Positions 60,246 to 64,000 of a stretch of 64,000 nt of DNA are shown here, one piece after another (within the stretch, counting starts at the first letter, position 1; each line of letters opens with the position of its first letter). The position numbers were made by a program, and so were the translations under genes. Source of the stretch: the human T2T-CHM13v2.0 reference genome, Homo sapiens. The stretch lies in assembly GCF_009914755.1 (NCBI RefSeq), contig NC_060926.1, one strand, 5' to 3'. The notes under the pieces were generated by a model. The model was not told where the DNA came from. It saw only the letters and a list, made by a program, of their open reading frames with translations, and made no database searches.

Positions 60246-63200
60246 GTTAAAATTTTTTTCACTTAGGAGCTGAGTTTAAATGCCACCTAATCTTTGAAGT
60301 ATTCCCTGATGGAAGCAACCAGAAATGTCTCGTTACCACTCCTGGACTCCTATAAGATTTAGTTTTTGCCCTACTCACATAGATCTTGACAAATCAGCAT
60401 ATATCGCAGTTATTTGTTTGCAAGGCATTCTTCTATTAGGACAAGAACCTCATTTTACATATATCTATGATATGTAAAAATTGCATAAATATAAATCAAA
60501 TAAATAAAATATTTGGAGCAGATAATTCAGTTAATTGAATGTCACATAATGGTTTCTGAGATAATATGGAGAAAGTCAAAGCTGATAAAAATGGCCAAAA
60601 TTAAAAATCTTATTCTAAACTATTTCATACCCTCACTGGGTGAAACACTCAAAAGTTTTGTAGATGTATGCTGGGCATGTTGAGAATGCATTGAGAGATA
60701 CAACAGCTATTGTTCCTGACAAATTTGTCTTCTTTAAACTAGGTAGAACCTGCGCAATGTGGAAATAATAAAACACTGAACATTCTTGGGTTCAGGGAAG
60801 GAGAAAAACCAAAGCATATGCAATCACCAAAATACCTTTGTTTTAGATTAGCAGTATCAGAAAACGACGCCCTCACCCATTTTACAGGAGGACTGAGGGA
60901 AGCAACTTATGCCCTTCCTGCTAATGGTACAACAAGCTCTGTAACAGAATTTCACCCTTCTTCATAACACTGGAGAAGAATAAAAATGAAGTATGCGTAA
61001 GAGATTTACATCTGGAAAGAGAGTAATTACTGGCCAGGACTGATTAAAATTCTTACTAGGACCTCAAAAAAGTACACTGATCATGGCTAAGCAAGGAAAG
61101 GAAAACATAACAGCTGCTCACCAGAGCACGCGCGGAGGGAGGAACAAAGACAGCAAAATATATCACTGGCTTCTAGCCACAAGTTAAGAAACTGAATGAA
61201 GGAAAAGCCAGATTGTATGGATCTGTCACTTCTATCTATGATATGATATTCAACTCCACAATCAGTGTGTAGGACAACACTTTCATTCGGTGATAAGCGG
61301 ATTGTTAATAGTTCCTAGTCTTTCTTATGCTGCTGTATTTTATCCCCCTAAGTAATTGCTATTTCTGGGTAAAATGCGTTTTCTCTTTTGTCTGATTTAT
61401 AACACCTCACAAAAAAATTCTGTATACAATACACACAAATGCATAATCACATAGGGAATGTTTCCTTCTCTCTTCACCCTGGAAAACAGACCCAAAGGCT
61501 TATACCCAGAACAAGCAGAGTGATTTTTTTTTTTTTTTGCCAAGTATTGATGCCCCTCTTTCCCTGGATTAGCGAGTCAGTTTATTAGCTGGATTTTAGA
61601 GATTTTTTTTTTTTTTAATAATAGATGCCTTTGAAATCCTTTCTAAAGTGCAAGGATTCCACGATCAATAAGTGTTCATTACAATTAACTTTGATTTGTT
61701 TTCCAACTACTGAAAACTGATAATATTATATTTATGCCTTTGAATTTTTCAAAAAGTAAAACTTCTCTTAAATACGAAATAGTTCATAAGCGCATAGACC
61801 ATTATAGATTTTTCACTCTACACTGTGTCCTTTGCTTATGGCTTGCTATTCTTTGCTTAATGGTTTAGCTTTTGAAACATGACTCACTCTCCCAAGCAAC
61901 TAGAAAACAAAAACCCACCTAAACTAGTGAACTCCCCAGGGGAGAAAATAATTGTATTTGTATGGAATGCCAGAGGTGTTTAGAGACATACTCAGAGGTA
62001 AAATAGCTTTTGTCATTTTTCAAATGAGCCACGCTAGCTTAGTCTAAACTTTCCTTTTCCCCACTTTTGAAATGTGATTTCCCTGAGGGCAGAAAACATG
62101 TTATGGAAACTTTGGACCACATAGGACGCTGAAGATCATCTAGTGCTTGCTCAACAAACCCAGAGGCCCTCTTTATCATACTTCAAGTAAAAGTAGTTAA
62201 TTATTTACTTATTTCCATGAGTTCCTGAAGGACTTGGGTGCAGAGGGGAATTCGCTCTTATTCTGCTTTTAAGTACTGGTAGCCTGTCAGTTTGATTTAG
62301 TTTTGTAATTCTCGTTCTTTTTTTAAACTTTTGTTGTTGTTGTGCAAAAACTCTAACAAGATTTGCAGAGAAACACAACACATTGGTATGCAAGCCAGGT
62401 TTGAGAAAAAGTAGGGCAAGCTGAGAGGAAACCAGTGGACTCCCCAGAAGAAATTGTACTTGCATTAATTTTTCTATTTTTATTCCTTTTTTTCTTTCCT
62501 AGAGCTTGTGTTTGAACACTGCCAAGAATAAGCAAGACACAATGGGCTTTGCGAAGGGAAAGAAAAGAAGATAAGCACTGAACCCAAATGCCAAGATTAT
62601 AAATGGAATAAAATTTCCTAAATTCTATGAGTGTTTCATCCCTAGCTTTAAAAATGCTGTATCTTTTTTTTCCCCCCTTAACAAGGCTAACTCAATACAC
62701 TCTGCATATTTCTTTTTGTTTTATATTCTTGGTAGAGGAAAGGCCATTATAAAGTTTGAGCTGGGAGGACTTTTAAAAAATCACGCAATACAGTGCCCTC
62801 ATTTGACAAATATGGACAATTTGACACAGGGGGTCATTGGGAGTAGCTGCGGTCAGGCACTGATCTTCTGTTTCCCAAACTGTTGCCCTTCCCACCAAAC
62901 CACACTACCTTTTACTGGAAGATCATGATTAGAACTTTGCCTTTTTAAAATTTTTCCTCATAAATTCAGCCTTCCAAACTTTTAATCATTCTTATTCCCT
63001 TTCAACTAATCTCTAAAATTTTCAACATGGCATAAGGCAACAGATAACTTTTCAATAAAACATAAAATAATTAGCTCATTTGTTCATAATGGTATCAAAC
63101 ATTCCCACTTTCTAGCTTTACTTTTAAAAAAAAATTCTAATAGAAGTACTTGTTTGCTATTTTCTGACTTGAGACCAAATTCTCATGCATATATCTGTTT

Positions 63201-63714
63201 TTGCTCTTTTCCAGCTTATTTTCACGTACTACAGATCAGATTGCTGTTTAATACTGAATCCTGCTGCCTACTTCCTGTCATCTGTCCATCAATTCAAAAA
63301 TGAATATATAGAGAGAGATGTATTTCATAGTATCGACAGGACAAATTTTCTAAAGACTGAATGACTTTAAAACCTTTTCCAAATTGCTTGAAATCTTCTC
63401 TGACAAAAAAAAAAAATCAATATTAAAACATAATTCTAGGTAAGCAACAACAAAAAAAATAGGTCATCACTCTTCACATACGTGGAAAAATCATTCTTCA
63501 GGTACATGGAAAATGTCCAAGGGAAAACATCACTAAATGAACTACTGATTTCCTTTTTCCTGTTCTTTGAAATCAAATAAATCTAAGACAACTTTGGTGC
63601 TTAGTTGTGTGGGATGGGGTAGCAAAGGAGATAGAATATAGGCTTAATCATGGTAACTGGACTTTCATTGAAAAATAAAATACGCATATCAAACCAGTAA
63701 AAATCCATTGCATT

Positions 63715-64000
<286 letters not shown>

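Overview
Human (or near-identical great-ape) genomic DNA containing the complete coding sequence of CYTIP (cytohesin-1 interacting protein; Cybr/CASP/PSCDBP) on the minus strand. Eight GT-AG exons from ATG 45469 to TGA 16819 sum to 1080 nt (359 aa: PDZ domain, coiled coil, C-terminal ESRF PDZ ligand). About 15 kb downstream and 18 kb upstream are rich in repeats: a 5'-complete L1PA with open ORF1 and ORF0, older L1M, about 13 Alus, MaLR LTRs, MER2, MER5, MIR and L2. Most of the ORF track is repeat-derived noise. Best unexplained signals: (1) two compound microsatellites in inverted orientation that bracket the 50-nt frameshifting exon 2 and could fold the pre-mRNA into a ~60-70 bp stem looping it out; (2) a near-consensus AluY in intron 6 that is probably a polymorphic insertion; (3) a 22-nt AluY fragment patching a truncated MLT1 LTR; (4) a duplicated 26-nt STAT5-type module ~10 kb upstream; (5) two poly(A) signals each followed by a UC microsatellite; (6) a splice acceptor and uORF in front of coding exon 1. 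Repeat subfamily calls and consensus comparisons are by eye from memory, not from a search.
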